In this document: piece after piece, positions 43,986 to 55,062 of the stretch | Layout: every line of letters starts with the position of its first letter | Numbering within the stretch: position 1 is the first letter of the stretch | NCBI GenBank assembly: GCA_965223795.1 | Contig: CBDCXL010000002.1 | Location: forward strand, 1,312,001-1,376,000 | Reading direction: 5' to 3' | Origin: Nitrospinales bacterium | GTDB taxonomy: Bacteria; Nitrospinota; Nitrospinia; Nitrospinales; VA-1 | Length of the DNA stretch: 64,000 nucleotides | Notes under the pieces: model-generated | Told to the model about the DNA's origin: nothing | Databases searched by the model: none | Seen by the model: only the letters and a program-made list of their open reading frames with translations | Made by a program: the position numbers and the translations under genes

Positions 43986-44507
43986 TTGTCCATTCTAACC
44001 ATACGCAATTGTCTCGACCCGGTTCTCCGTAAAAAAAGCCTGCCGGTGGAAAACATCGACGGCGACCTGGTGGCCCTGTCCCAGGACATGATCGAAACGA
44101 CTCTGGACGCCAAGGGGGCGGGGCTCGCGGCCAATCAGATCGGCATTCCTCACAGCCTGTTCGTGGTGGATCTGGGCATCGAGAAGGAGGAGCGCAATCT
44201 GATCACGGTGGTCAACCCGGTGATCACGGCGATGGAAGGCGAGGAGATCGCGGAAGAGGGATGCCTGAGCATTCCGGACGTGTTCGCGGAGATCAAGCGC
44301 GCCCAGAAGGTCGAGCTCAAAGGCTACGATCTCAACGGCAATGAGGTGCGCTATGAGGCGGAGGGCTACCTGGCGCGCGCGTTCCAGCACGAGATGGACC
44401 ACCTGAACGGCAGCCTGTTCTGGGACAACATGGGCAAGGCGAAACGGGACATCCTGCAGCGCAAGTTCAAAAAGAAACTCAAGGAGATGAAAGAGAAGGA
44501 AGCATGA
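43986..44507 (+). CDS. def: Peptide deformylase
   Basis: GAGLAANQ, EGCLS, HEMDH. Confidence 0.97.
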   Translation: MSILTIRNCLDPVLRKKSLPVENIDGDLVALSQDMIETTLDAKGAGLAANQIGIPHSLFVVDLGIEKEERNLITVVNPVITAMEGEEIAEEGCLSIPDVFAEIKRAQKVELKGYDLNGNEVRYEAEGYLARAFQHEMDHLNGSLFWDNMGKAKRDILQRKFKKKLKEMKEKEA

Positions 44508-45460
44508 AAATCGTTTTTATGGGTACCCCCGCGTTCGCCCTCCCCACGCTGGCAAATCTGGAATCCTCCCAACATGAAATTGTGAGCGTCGTGACGCAGC
44601 CGGACCGGCCGCGCGGACGCGGCCGGGAGGTGTCGTTCTCTCCGGTGAAAGCCTTCGCCGTCGAGAAGGGCCTGCCGGTGCTGCAGCCGGAAAAGGCGCG
44701 CGCGCCGGAGTTCATCGATAAGATCCGCGCGCTGGAGCCGGATCTCATCGTGGTCGTCGCCTACGGGCAGATCCTCAAGCAGGCGCTGCTCGACATTCCC
44801 AGGCATTTCTGCATGAACCTGCACTCCTCGCTGCTGCCGAAGTACCGCGGCGCGGCGCCGATCAACTGGGCGATCATCAACGGCGATGCGGAAACGGGCG
44901 TGACGACGATGAAGATGGACGCGGGCATGGACACGGGCGACATGCTGCTCACGAAAACCGTTCCCATTCGCGATCAAGACACGGCCGCCACGCTGCACGA
45001 CGCGCTGGCGCAGGCGGGCGGCGGCCTGGTGCTGGAGACGATCGCCAAGCTGGAAGCGGGGACGCTGACGCCGATTGAGCAGGATCACGACCGGGCGACG
45101 CTGGCTCCCAAGCTGAAAAAGGAGGACGGGCTCATCGACTGGTCCAGGGACGCAGAGACGCTGCGCAACCTGGTGCGCGGCCTGGACCCGTGGCCGGGGG
45201 CGTTCACGTTTCACGACACGCAAAGGCTTCGGATCTGCGCGGTGGAAACCGCTCCCGGCGGCACGGGCGAAACGCCGGGGGAGATCGTGCGCATCACCGA
45301 CCACGGGATCGAAGCGGCGACCGGGCAAGGCCGGCTGGTGATCACGGAACTGCAGCCGGAAGGGAAAAAGCGAATGCCCGTCAAAAGTTATCTCGCGGGA
45401 AACCGCATGGAAAAGGGAACCCGGTTTCTTGCCCAACCGAAAGCGGCGCCCACCGTTTAA
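44504..45460 (+). CDS. fmt: Methionyl-tRNA formyltransferase
   Basis: FMGTPAFA, TQPDRP.GRG, NLHSSLLPKYRGAAPI. Confidence 0.98.
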   Translation: MKIVFMGTPAFALPTLANLESSQHEIVSVVTQPDRPRGRGREVSFSPVKAFAVEKGLPVLQPEKARAPEFIDKIRALEPDLIVVVAYGQILKQALLDIPRHFCMNLHSSLLPKYRGAAPINWAIINGDAETGVTTMKMDAGMDTGDMLLTKTVPIRDQDTAATLHDALAQAGGGLVLETIAKLEAGTLTPIEQDHDRATLAPKLKKEDGLIDWSRDAETLRNLVRGLDPWPGAFTFHDTQRLRICAVETAPGGTGETPGEIVRITDHGIEAATGQGRLVITELQPEGKKRMPVKSYLAGNRMEKGTRFLAQPKAAPTV

Positions 45461-45481
45461 CATTTCACCATAGAGGAATCG

Positions 45482-46417
<936 letters not shown>

Positions 46418-46445
46418 CGGCCGGCCCGCTTTGCGGGTGCCGGGC

Positions 46446-47135
46446 GTGAACGAATCCTCCATCAAGCACTGGCCGGAAGACGAACGTCCGCGCGAGCGGC
46501 TGATCCGCTACGGGGAAAACACGCTTTCGGACGCGCACCTTCTGGGAATCCTCATCGGTTCCGGCGACCGCGCCGCAAAAAAGAATGCGGTCGATCTCAG
46601 CCGCGATCTGCTCCGGGTGTTCGAAAATTTCAACCACATGGACCAGGCTTCGGTCGCCGAGCTGTGCCAGGTCAAGGGCATCGGCGTCGCCAAGGCCGCG
46701 CAGATCAAGGCGGCGCTGGAGGTGGGCAAGCGCATGTCGTCTCAGGCGGTGGGCGCGCGGGTGAAGATGGACACCTGCCGGGCGTTCGTCGACTATTTCT
46801 CCCCTTTCATGAAAAACCTGCGCAAGGAAGTCGTCAAGCTGGTTCTGCTCAATCCCAAACTGTTCATGATCAAGGAAGTCACGGTCTCGGAAGGAACGGT
46901 GAACGCGAGCATCGTGCATCCGCGTGAGGTCATGATCCCGGCGATCAAGGAATCGGCGGCGTCGATCGCACTGGTGCACAACCATCCGAGCGGCGACCCC
47001 ACTCCCAGCCAGCAGGACATCGAGATCACCCACCGCCTGCACAAGACCGGCCAGATCGTCGGCATCCGCCTGCTCGATCACGTGATCATCGGCGGCAACG
47101 CCTATTACAGTTTTTCGGAACAGGGGCTGATCTGA
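46446..47135 (+). CDS. radC: RadC/UPF0758 JAB-domain protein
   Basis: ERPRERL, KGIGVAKA, HNHPSGDPTPS..D, LDHVIIG; GTG start assumed. Confidence 0.95.
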   Translation: MNESSIKHWPEDERPRERLIRYGENTLSDAHLLGILIGSGDRAAKKNAVDLSRDLLRVFENFNHMDQASVAELCQVKGIGVAKAAQIKAALEVGKRMSSQAVGARVKMDTCRAFVDYFSPFMKNLRKEVVKLVLLNPKLFMIKEVTVSEGTVNASIVHPREVMIPAIKESAASIALVHNHPSGDPTPSQQDIEITHRLHKTGQIVGIRLLDHVIIGGNAYYSFSEQGLI

Positions 47136-47205
47136 CGTTCGCGTGCGCTTCTCTCTTTCACAGACCTTTGCATAAGTTGGTTCGTTGCGAAAATTGAGAA
47201 CCTAT

Positions 47206-47264
47206 TGTCACCCTGAGCTTGTCGAAGGGGGGCTGGACGATGCTTCGACAGGCTTAGCATGACA
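47206..47264. repeat. REP-like palindrome pair
   Basis: TGTCACCCTGAGCTTGTCGAAG..CTTCGACAGGCTTAGCATGACA imperfect 22-bp inverted repeat. Confidence 0.7.
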
Positions 47265-47370
47265 GTAATATGACTCATGCTAAGGTCTCTTTCAGGCAGA
47301 TGAGGCTTGTGGAAACCGGGTCCCTTCGGTAAACTCGGTGGGTCAACGCAACCGTTATTGATTTGTAATC

Positions 47371-47946
47371 ATGCAACGCGTCAAAAATTTTCTCAACGCC
47401 AGCGCCGATCTGAAGTACCAGGTCGCCGAAACCCTCGCGGGAGAAATCCTCAAGGCCGCGGAAATGATCCGCGACAGCCTGCAGGCGGGCGGCAAACTGC
47501 TGCTCATGGGCAACGGCGGCAGCGCCGCGGACGCGCAGCACATTGCGGCGGAACTGGTGGGACGTTTCAAGAAGGAACGCAAATCGTATCCCGCGATCGC
47601 TCTCACGGTGGACACGTCCGCGCTGACGGCGGTGGGCAACGATTACGGCTTCGACACGATCTTCTCCCGGCAGGTGGAGGCTTTGGCCCGAAAGGGCGAT
47701 GTGCTGCTGGGCTTTTCCACCAGCGGCAATTCCGAAAACGTGATCCGCGCCTTCAAGCTCGCGGGCGAGTTGGGCGTGACCACGATCGGGCTTTTGGGCC
47801 GCCAGGGCGGGCGGGCCAAGAAGCATGTGAACCTCGCCATCGTGATCCCATCGGACGACACCGCGCGCATTCAGGAGGTGCACATCACGGTCGGCCACAT
47901 CTTCTGCGAGCTTTTAGAGGAAGAAGATCCGGAGGCTCCGGCGTGA
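47371..47946 (+). CDS. gmhA: Phosphoheptose isomerase
   Basis: GNGGSAADAQH, NDYG, STSGNS, RIQEVH. Confidence 0.97.
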   Translation: MQRVKNFLNASADLKYQVAETLAGEILKAAEMIRDSLQAGGKLLLMGNGGSAADAQHIAAELVGRFKKERKSYPAIALTVDTSALTAVGNDYGFDTIFSRQVEALARKGDVLLGFSTSGNSENVIRAFKLAGELGVTTIGLLGRQGGRAKKHVNLAIVIPSDDTARIQEVHITVGHIFCELLEEEDPEAPA

Positions 47947-47978
47947 TCGTCTGAACGCAACGCTTGCACTTATCCACT

Positions 47979-49448
47979 ATGGAACATCAATTTAAATTTT
48001 TCTTCGACGGCGAAAAGCGGCCCAAGATTCTGGTCGCGGGCGATCTGATCCTGGACGAATACCTGTGGGGCGGGGTGACCCGCATCTCGCCGGAAGCGCC
48101 GGTTCCGGTTTTAGAGACGCGCTCGGAAAACCTGTCTCTGGGCGGCGCGGCCAATGTGGCGCACAACCTGGTGGCGCTCGGCTGCGAGGTCTACCTGGTG
48201 GGCGCGATCGGCCAGGACGAAAAGGGCGACAAACTGTTAAGCCTCATCGAGGAGAACAACATCCATTCGGGCGGCATCTTCCGCTTCGTGCACCGGCCCA
48301 CCACCTCCAAGATGCGCATCATCGCGCACAATCAGCAGATTCTGCGCATCGACAAGGAGGACAACCGCCCGATCACTGAAGAAACGGAAAAGAAGATCCT
48401 CGATTTTATCTCCAAAACAGTGCCGGACATGGACGGCGTCATCTGCTCGGATTACCAGAAAGGTATTCTGACGGAGAAGGTGCTCAAACACCTGCTGCAG
48501 CGGGCGCGCAGCAGTAAAAAGCAGGTGATCGTCGATCCCAAGAGCGCGGATTTTTCCCTGTACAAGGGCGCCACGGTGCTCACGCCCAACCAGGCCGAGG
48601 TGGAGCGTTCGGTGCCCATCAAGGTGAACAGCAAGGAGGATCTGGAGCGCGCGGCGCAGTACCTGCTGACGCTCACCAAGGCGGAGGCGCTGCTGGTCAC
48701 GCGCGGCAAGGACGGCATGATCCTGTACGGCAGCAAGGGCAAACCGGTGGAGATCCCCACGGTGGCGCGCGAGGTCTTCGACGTGACCGGCGCGGGCGAC
48801 ACGGTGGTTAGCGTGTTCGGCATGGCGCTGTTCGTCGGCTTCGATTTCCGCGATTCGGCCTGGCTCTCCAACATGGCGGGCAGCATCGTGGTGGGCAAGG
48901 TGGGGACGGCTGTCGTCACGCTGAACGAGATCAACGACTACCTGCAGGAAGAGATGCTGCGCACTTCGCAGACGACGCTCAAACTGGAAGACCTGAAAAA
49001 ACGGGTCAGCCTCGCTAAAAGCACGGGCAAGAGCGTGGTGTTCACCAACGGCTGCTTCGACCTCATCCACGGCGGCCACATCGAGTTTTTGCAGAAGGCC
49101 AAGACCAAGGGCGACATCCTCATCGTCGGGCTCAACAGCGACGCTTCGGTGCGTTCGCTCAAGGGCAAGGGGCGGCCGATCAAAAGCGAGAGCGAACGGG
49201 CCAACATCCTGTCCGCGCTGCGCTACGTCGACTACATCACGGTGTTCGACGAAGCCACGCCGGAATCGCTGATCCGCGAGATCCGTCCCGACATTCTGGT
49301 GAAGGGCGACGACTACAAGATCGACGAGGTGGTGGGACGCGAGATCGTGGAAGGCTACGGCGCGCGCGTCGAGCTCATCCCCATCGTGCAGGGCCATTCC
49401 ACCACCAAGACGCTGGAAAAGATCCTCGAAAATCACAAGAGCGACTGA
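47979..49448 (+). CDS. hldE: Bifunctional heptose 7-phosphate kinase/heptose 1-phosphate adenylyltransferase
   Basis: RISPEAPVPV, DVTGAGDT, FTNGCFDLIHGGH, VKGDDY. Confidence 0.97.
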   Translation: MEHQFKFFFDGEKRPKILVAGDLILDEYLWGGVTRISPEAPVPVLETRSENLSLGGAANVAHNLVALGCEVYLVGAIGQDEKGDKLLSLIEENNIHSGGIFRFVHRPTTSKMRIIAHNQQILRIDKEDNRPITEETEKKILDFISKTVPDMDGVICSDYQKGILTEKVLKHLLQRARSSKKQVIVDPKSADFSLYKGATVLTPNQAEVERSVPIKVNSKEDLERAAQYLLTLTKAEALLVTRGKDGMILYGSKGKPVEIPTVAREVFDVTGAGDTVVSVFGMALFVGFDFRDSAWLSNMAGSIVVGKVGTAVVTLNEINDYLQEEMLRTSQTTLKLEDLKKRVSLAKSTGKSVVFTNGCFDLIHGGHIEFLQKAKTKGDILIVGLNSDASVRSLKGKGRPIKSESERANILSALRYVDYITVFDEATPESLIREIRPDILVKGDDYKIDEVVGREIVEGYGARVELIPIVQGHSTTKTLEKILENHKSD

Positions 49449-49483
49449 CGCCCTTCCTCAACCCTGCTCAACCGTTCTCCAGT

Positions 49484-50458
49484 TCATTTCTCCCCCAGCC
49501 GCCTGCCGGGCATGAGGTATTCGCGCACGTAGTCTTCGATTCCCGCTTCCAAAGCCGTGGCTGCCTTTTTGTAACCCTCGCTTTGCATTTTTTCCATCAC
49601 CGCCCGGGTGTGGTACTGGTACTGGTCGCGGATGGAGAGCGGCATATCGATGTATTCGATGCTGCGCTCGACGCCCATCGCCTTGAACAGGGCGGCGGCG
49701 AGGTCGTTCCAGTTGCGCGCAACACCGGAGCCGACGTTGAACAGGCCGGACACACCGGGCGTGTCGAGAAAAAACAGCGTCATCGCCACGGCGTCCTTGA
49801 TGTAGAGAAAATCCCGTTCCTGCCCACCGTCTTGGTACTGAGGCTTGTAGGATTTGAACAGCCTGAGCTTTCCGGTTTCCTTGATCTGAAAATAACCTTT
49901 GCGGATCAGGCTCTGCATGTCTCCCTTGTGATACTCGTTGGGGCCGTACACGTTGAAGTATTTGAGCCCGACGATGTGGTCGAACGCGTTTTCGGCGCGC
50001 GCCCACAGATCGAAGTCCTGCTTGCTTTTGCCGTACAGGTTGAGCGGCTGGAGCGTTTCGATGTTCGTTTCGTCGTCTTCGTAGCCGTTCGCACCGTCGC
50101 CGTAGGTGGCGGCGCTGGAGGCGTACACGAAGCGGATGCTCTTTTCCAGGGCGTAGCGGGCGAGGGCTTTGGTGTATTCGTAATTGTTTTTGCGCAGGTA
50201 GTCCCAGTCGGTTTCGGTGGTGGAGGAGCAGGCGCCCATGTGCAGGATCGCGTCGAGAGCAGGCAGGCGGCGCTGGCGCAGGCTGGCGAGAAAGGTGATC
50301 TTGTCCTGGACCACCGCGTATTTCAGGGCGGCGAGGTTGTGCCGCTTTTCCTTGTGGTCGGCGGCATCGACGATCAGAATTTCGGAAATGCCTCTCCGGT
50401 TGAGCTCATGGACGAGCGCGCTGCCGATGAACCCGGCGCCGCCGGTGACTGCAATCAT
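49484..50458 (-). CDS. hldD: ADP-L-glycero-D-manno-heptose 6-epimerase
   Basis: TGGAGFIG, HMGACSSTTE, YASSAATYG, YFNVYGPNEYHKGDM. Confidence 0.97.
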   Translation of the reverse strand: MIAVTGGAGFIGSALVHELNRRGISEILIVDAADHKEKRHNLAALKYAVVQDKITFLASLRQRRLPALDAILHMGACSSTTETDWDYLRKNNYEYTKALARYALEKSIRFVYASSAATYGDGANGYEDDETNIETLQPLNLYGKSKQDFDLWARAENAFDHIVGLKYFNVYGPNEYHKGDMQSLIRKGYFQIKETGKLRLFKSYKPQYQDGGQERDFLYIKDAVAMTLFFLDTPGVSGLFNVGSGVARNWNDLAAALFKAMGVERSIEYIDMPLSIRDQYQYHTRAVMEKMQSEGYKKAATALEAGIEDYVREYLMPGRRLGEK

Positions 50459-50502
50459 AGGTCCTCAGGGGGAGTGGGCGTTTCCCGATCGCCTTGAACG
50501 TC

Positions 50503-51717
50503 TCAGGGCGTTTCGCCTGGGGTGTGGAACAGCTCTTTCCACTTGAGATCGGGCAAAAGGGGTTTATAGGACGTTTGCCCGGCGTTTTCAACCTGCTTTT
50601 TCAGCCGGTCGATGCGGTTCTGCGGTTCGGGGTGGGTGGAGAGGTATTCCAGCCAGGAGGTGTTTTCGTTTTCAGAGTCCTTACCGGTTTTCTTTTGCGA
50701 TGCCTGTTTGGATTTTTTGGCGGAAGGTTTTTCCGATTCATCTTTGCCCCAGAACGCCTCCTGTTCTTTCTTGAGGGCTTTGAAGATCCGCACCATGCCC
50801 ACCGGATCGATGCCCGCGGCGAGCATCATCTCCATGCCCTTGCGGTCTGCCTCCTCTTCCATACTGCGGCTGAACTTGAGCTGGTCCAGGCTTCCCGCAA
50901 GTTCCAGCACGCCGTTCATCACGCCGTTGACGTCGCCGATGACGAGGGTGGCCAGCATGCCGGAAGCGGCGCTGCGGATGATGCCGCGCGTCGAATGACG
51001 CAGCAGGACGTGCTGGATCTCGTGCGCGAGCACGCCCGCCAGCTCTTCCGGCGTCTGGGCGGCGTCGATGATCCCCTGGTAGAGCAGGATGGTGCCGCCG
51101 GGCAGCGCGAAGGCGTTGACCATCTTGTCTTTGGCGATGTAGACCTTGAAGGTGTAGGGCTGATCCGGAACGGTGGCGAGCAGCCGCGCCATGATGACAT
51201 CGAGGGCCTTGGCCTTGCGCGCGTCGCCGCCGGCGACCTGCATCTCGGAACCTTCCATGAGCGTGTCACCCAGTTTGACTTCCCACTCCACCGGCACGTG
51301 CTTCGCCGCCCGATCGGAAAGAAAGGGCAGTCCGTAACTCCAGATGCCGTACAGAAACAACGGCACGCCCAGCAGGCCCAGCACCAGCGCGACGTGCCGA
51401 AAAGGGTTTTTGCCTTTCCAGGTGGCGTTGAGCTTGCCGCCCGCGGTCTCCCGCAGGTTGTGGGTGAAGTCGGGATCTTCGACGATGAGGGATTCGACGC
51501 GGGTGCCTTCCGCCTCTTCGACGGAGCGGCTCAGGCGCACTTGTCCGGGCCGGGTGATGTCGTTCCAGTCGATGCTGCCGTGTTTCCACAACAGCGACTC
51601 CCCGTCTTCGATCTTGAGGGTCAGGCTGTCCGGAGTCAGGTGCACCACGACCGGGTGTTTCTTCGCGCTGCGGCCGTCGAGCAGGTGACCGGCAAACTGA
51701 AGTTTTCGCATCGCCAT
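50503..51717 (-). CDS. M48 family metallopeptidase
   Basis: NAFALPGG, AHEIQH (HExxH), EEEAD, LSTHP. Confidence 0.93.
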   Translation of the reverse strand: MAMRKLQFAGHLLDGRSAKKHPVVVHLTPDSLTLKIEDGESLLWKHGSIDWNDITRPGQVRLSRSVEEAEGTRVESLIVEDPDFTHNLRETAGGKLNATWKGKNPFRHVALVLGLLGVPLFLYGIWSYGLPFLSDRAAKHVPVEWEVKLGDTLMEGSEMQVAGGDARKAKALDVIMARLLATVPDQPYTFKVYIAKDKMVNAFALPGGTILLYQGIIDAAQTPEELAGVLAHEIQHVLLRHSTRGIIRSAASGMLATLVIGDVNGVMNGVLELAGSLDQLKFSRSMEEEADRKGMEMMLAAGIDPVGMVRIFKALKKEQEAFWGKDESEKPSAKKSKQASQKKTGKDSENENTSWLEYLSTHPEPQNRIDRLKKQVENAGQTSYKPLLPDLKWKELFHTPGETP

Positions 51718-51776
51718 AGCCGTGTGCCGGGTTGGGGAAACCGGTGAGGGTTATTTGGTATAGATTATCCGCAATC

Positions 51777-51802
51777 CGCGCTCCCGGCAAAGCGGGAGCG
51801 CG
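51777..51802. other. Perfect 10-bp GC-rich intergenic hairpin
   Basis: CGCGCTCCCG-GCAAAG-CGGGAGCGCG; no U-tract. Confidence 0.5.
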
Positions 51803-51822
51803 TGTGCGGTGCTGCGGATGGA

Positions 51823-53046
51823 TCAGCCGATGTCGATGGGAATGTCGAAGGCGTCCGCGGCGGCGTCGCCGAGTGCGCCGGACTGCTTCATCTCCTGGAT
51901 GACCCAGTCGATCTGCACGTCGCCGTCGAGGCGCAGGTGCCGGGTCATGAATTTCATGTTGCGGACCTGAACCCAGGGATAGCCCATACCGAGAGTAAAA
52001 ACGAGGATGAACAGATTTCCCAGTGTGAGCGAAAGAAAATCCATGCCGGTGGCGCTGAAGCGGAACTTGCCGCCCGCCATGCGGGTGTTCTGCCAGAAAT
52101 AACGGGTCGCGTAGGCGTGCCACCAGAACCAGTACAATCCGAGCGTGACGATGATCAGCACGTAGGAGATGCAGTATTTCTTGAAGATCTCGCGGCCCTC
52201 GCCGGTGAATTCGAACTGCAGGTTGCCGAAATGGGTGTTTTCCCGCCAGAAGCGCTCCATCTCGTTGCGGATGTAGGGGTAGTAAAAACCCAGGGTCAGG
52301 ATGTTGCCGAAAAAGTTTTTCAGGTTCAGCACGATCGAGGTTTTCTTCCCGCCGCGGAAGGAAAAACGGATGCCCCGCCACGACGTGCGCGACCAGAGAT
52401 AACGCATCGCCCCCACCATCAGAACCGGGAAAATAACGAGATAGAAACCGAGGATGAAGACGGTTCCGGCCACCTGTTCCATTTCGGGAACCGCCATCTG
52501 CACGCCCACCATGGCGCCGACCACGACGATGACAAAGCCCATGAACTTCATGAAGCCCATGCACAGCTCTTTGGGGGTGCCGTGGTAGCCGAACGGGTCG
52601 CCGGCGAAATGGGTGTGGGACCAGATGTAGTTGCGCACCTTGGTCTTGGCCCAGAAATGATAGATGCCGAGGGTGAAGACGCGCTTGATCCAGTTGGTGA
52701 GGAACAGCATGAACAGTTCCCCGCCTTTGCCGGTGAAGCCCAGATCGAGACCGGGGCCTGAGGATGCCATTGCCGAGTCCGAGAAATCGTCCATCGACGC
52801 GGCGTCTCCTTCCTCGCCCGGATTCACCATCTGCGCCTGAAAGCCCAGGCTCTTCAAATACTGCACCGCCGTCATTGCCTGACGGTCGGACACCGGGTGC
52901 TCGAACCGCCAGGTCTGGCCTTCGCTGAGACGCCGCAGGATGTCGGCGCCCTGGTCGACGGTCATGCGGAACACCTTCGCCATTTTCTCGACGGCCAGAT
53001 TCTCATCCGGGCCCTCCCAAGCGTTCAATATGATTTCTTGACTCAT
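51823..53046 (-). CDS. YjgN/DUF898 family membrane protein
   Basis: FTGKGGELF, repeated TLGxYxxW, FxYHG; AGGAGG RBS; adjacent M48 peptidase. Confidence 0.9.
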   Translation of the reverse strand: MSQEIILNAWEGPDENLAVEKMAKVFRMTVDQGADILRRLSEGQTWRFEHPVSDRQAMTAVQYLKSLGFQAQMVNPGEEGDAASMDDFSDSAMASSGPGLDLGFTGKGGELFMLFLTNWIKRVFTLGIYHFWAKTKVRNYIWSHTHFAGDPFGYHGTPKELCMGFMKFMGFVIVVVGAMVGVQMAVPEMEQVAGTVFILGFYLVIFPVLMVGAMRYLWSRTSWRGIRFSFRGGKKTSIVLNLKNFFGNILTLGFYYPYIRNEMERFWRENTHFGNLQFEFTGEGREIFKKYCISYVLIIVTLGLYWFWWHAYATRYFWQNTRMAGGKFRFSATGMDFLSLTLGNLFILVFTLGMGYPWVQVRNMKFMTRHLRLDGDVQIDWVIQEMKQSGALGDAAADAFDIPIDIG

Positions 53047-53496
53047 GAAGTCCTCCTCCTCCGTGTCAATGAAGTGATTCCGTTTGTTCCGGCCGCTGCC
53101 GGATTGAATGCGTAACGACTTTGTTTGAATTCGATCTGTTTATTCGGCCACGCGATCGCACAATATATTCAACTTCGGGATGTCCGTCCTGCCTGCCCGC
53201 AGGAAACTCCCGGCCGCACGTTCGGACAACGTGCGTTTGTGCCTGCGAATTTTAGCGTCAAAAGATTCCAACCCCTTTAAATACAGTAACATGAAATGCC
53301 CGGACCGTCCATAAGAGATTGAATTTGAACGATCAATCCGGCGGCGGACGGGGCGCGCCTCCCTTCCCGGAATCCCTCAAAACGCCCTTTCCTTCCCAGG
53401 AATTCGGCGCGCTGCGTGCGATTTGTGAAGGGTTTTCGGCCTGACCGGTGCACAAAAAAAGGGCGTGCGCCGCACAAACCATGATATGATGCATTT

Positions 53497-54876
53497 ATGC
53501 AACAAAAAATTCTCATACTGGACCCGCGCCGCCATTGGGTCGAAACGCTGCGGGAAATCCTGGAAAAACAGGGCCATGAAGTGACCGCCGCGTTTTCAGT
53601 GGAAGAGGGCAAAAGCCGGCTGCTGGAGCGGGTGTTTCATCTGGTTCTGGGAGACGCAAACTTTGTTTCGCAAAAGCAACAGAGCTTCCTGACCCTTTTG
53701 TCCGAGGGCTTCCCCGGCCTGCCCTGCCTGCTTCTGGAAGAGGATGCGGCGGCGGGTGGCCCGCGCGAGGATAAAGGGGTTGTCCGGTTTCCCCGCTCAG
53801 CGGGCATCCCCGCCCTGCTGGATACGGTGGACGATCTTTTGCAGCGAACGCCGCCCGATACCGCGCCAGAGCCCGGCGGCGGCAAAGCCGGGCGGCTGCT
53901 GGGCGAGAGCGCGGCCATGAATGCACTGCGGCAGACGCTCAAGGCGGTGGCCGAAACCAACGCCACGGTGCTTTTGTGCGGCGAAACGGGAACCGGCAAG
54001 GAGCTCGCAGCCCGCTTCCTGCACGCGCACAGCGCGCGCAACCGGGAGCGGTTCGTCGCCGTCAACTGCGCGGCGCTCACGGAAACTCTGCTGGAAAGCG
54101 AGCTGTTCGGCCACGAGAAGGGGGCGTTCACCGGGGCGCACCGGCAGAAGCTGGGGAAATTCGAGCACGCCGGCGCGGGCACGCTGCTGCTCGATGAGAT
54201 CGGCGAGATCCCGCTGCACGTGCAGGCGAAGCTGCTGCGCGTGCTGGACGACAGGGAGTTCACGCGGGTGGGCGGCAACCGCACGCTGAAGGCGTCGTGC
54301 CGCATCGTGGCCGCCTCCAACGTGGATTTCGCGGCGGCGCTTGCGGAAGGCCGGTTCCGTGAGGACCTGTTCTACAGGCTCAATGTGGTGTCCATCGACC
54401 TGCCGCCGCTGAGGGCGCGGCGCGAGGACATTCCGCTGCTGGCGCGGCATTTTTTAAAGACCGCCGCGGCACGGCACGGCAAGCCAGTGCAGGCGATCGG
54501 GGCGCAGGCGATGCAGCAGCTCATGGCGCACGCCTGGCCGGGCAACGTGCGGGAGCTGGAAAACACGATCGAGCGCGCGGTGATTCTCTGCGGCGGCGGG
54601 ACGCTCGAGCGGTTTCCGCTCCAGGGTGAAAAGGGCGCCGCGGCGGCCGCCCCGCTTGAGACGGACGCCGCCATGACGCTCAAGGAATTTCAGGCGCGGG
54701 TGCTGACGCATTACGAAAAGGAGTACTTCGACCGCCTGCTCACCGCCCACCGGGGCCACGTCTCGAACTCCGCGCAGGCGGCGGCGGTCGACCGCAAAAC
54801 CTTCTACCGCAAGCTGCGCCAGTGCGGCATCGACCCCAAGGACTACAAAAAGGGCAAATCCGGCAGTTTTGGGTAG
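53497..54876 (+). CDS. Sigma54-dependent enhancer-binding protein with degenerate receiver domain
   Basis: GETGTGKE, ESELFGHEKGAFTGA, WPGNVRELEN, Fis HTH (DRKTFYRKL). Confidence 0.95.
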   Translation: MQQKILILDPRRHWVETLREILEKQGHEVTAAFSVEEGKSRLLERVFHLVLGDANFVSQKQQSFLTLLSEGFPGLPCLLLEEDAAAGGPREDKGVVRFPRSAGIPALLDTVDDLLQRTPPDTAPEPGGGKAGRLLGESAAMNALRQTLKAVAETNATVLLCGETGTGKELAARFLHAHSARNRERFVAVNCAALTETLLESELFGHEKGAFTGAHRQKLGKFEHAGAGTLLLDEIGEIPLHVQAKLLRVLDDREFTRVGGNRTLKASCRIVAASNVDFAAALAEGRFREDLFYRLNVVSIDLPPLRARREDIPLLARHFLKTAAARHGKPVQAIGAQAMQQLMAHAWPGNVRELENTIERAVILCGGGTLERFPLQGEKGAAAAAPLETDAAMTLKEFQARVLTHYEKEYFDRLLTAHRGHVSNSAQAAAVDRKTFYRKLRQCGIDPKDYKKGKSGSFG

Positions 54877-54994
54877 CTTTAGCGTCATAAATTTTCACAT
54901 TTTGTGGCCCATATTACCCAAAATGCATCCATCCGGGGCGGCCGCCCGCGCCCATCCCCTCTGTCACCGCGCATCCGCGACCGGCGCCGGCATC

Positions 54995-55010
54995 TGGCAC
55001 GGGGCTTGCT
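54995..55010 (+). promoter_or_regulatory. Sigma54 (-24/-12) promoter of the DUF4912-GH57 operon
   Basis: TGGCAC-GGGGC-TTGCT, a perfect consensus, 52 bp before ATG 55063. Confidence 0.85.
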
Positions 55011-55062
55011 CTATAGATAGCAGAACATCCGTTCCATCCGTTTGAACGAGACGAGGACATCC

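Noticed and set aside
46446..47135. radC as a marker of a mobile element
   Set aside because: Full-length chromosomal type among housekeeping genes; no integrase or att sites seen
53135..53150. GG-N10-GC sigma54-like site upstream of the activator
   Set aside because: Poor match outside GG/GC and ~350 bp from the start codon
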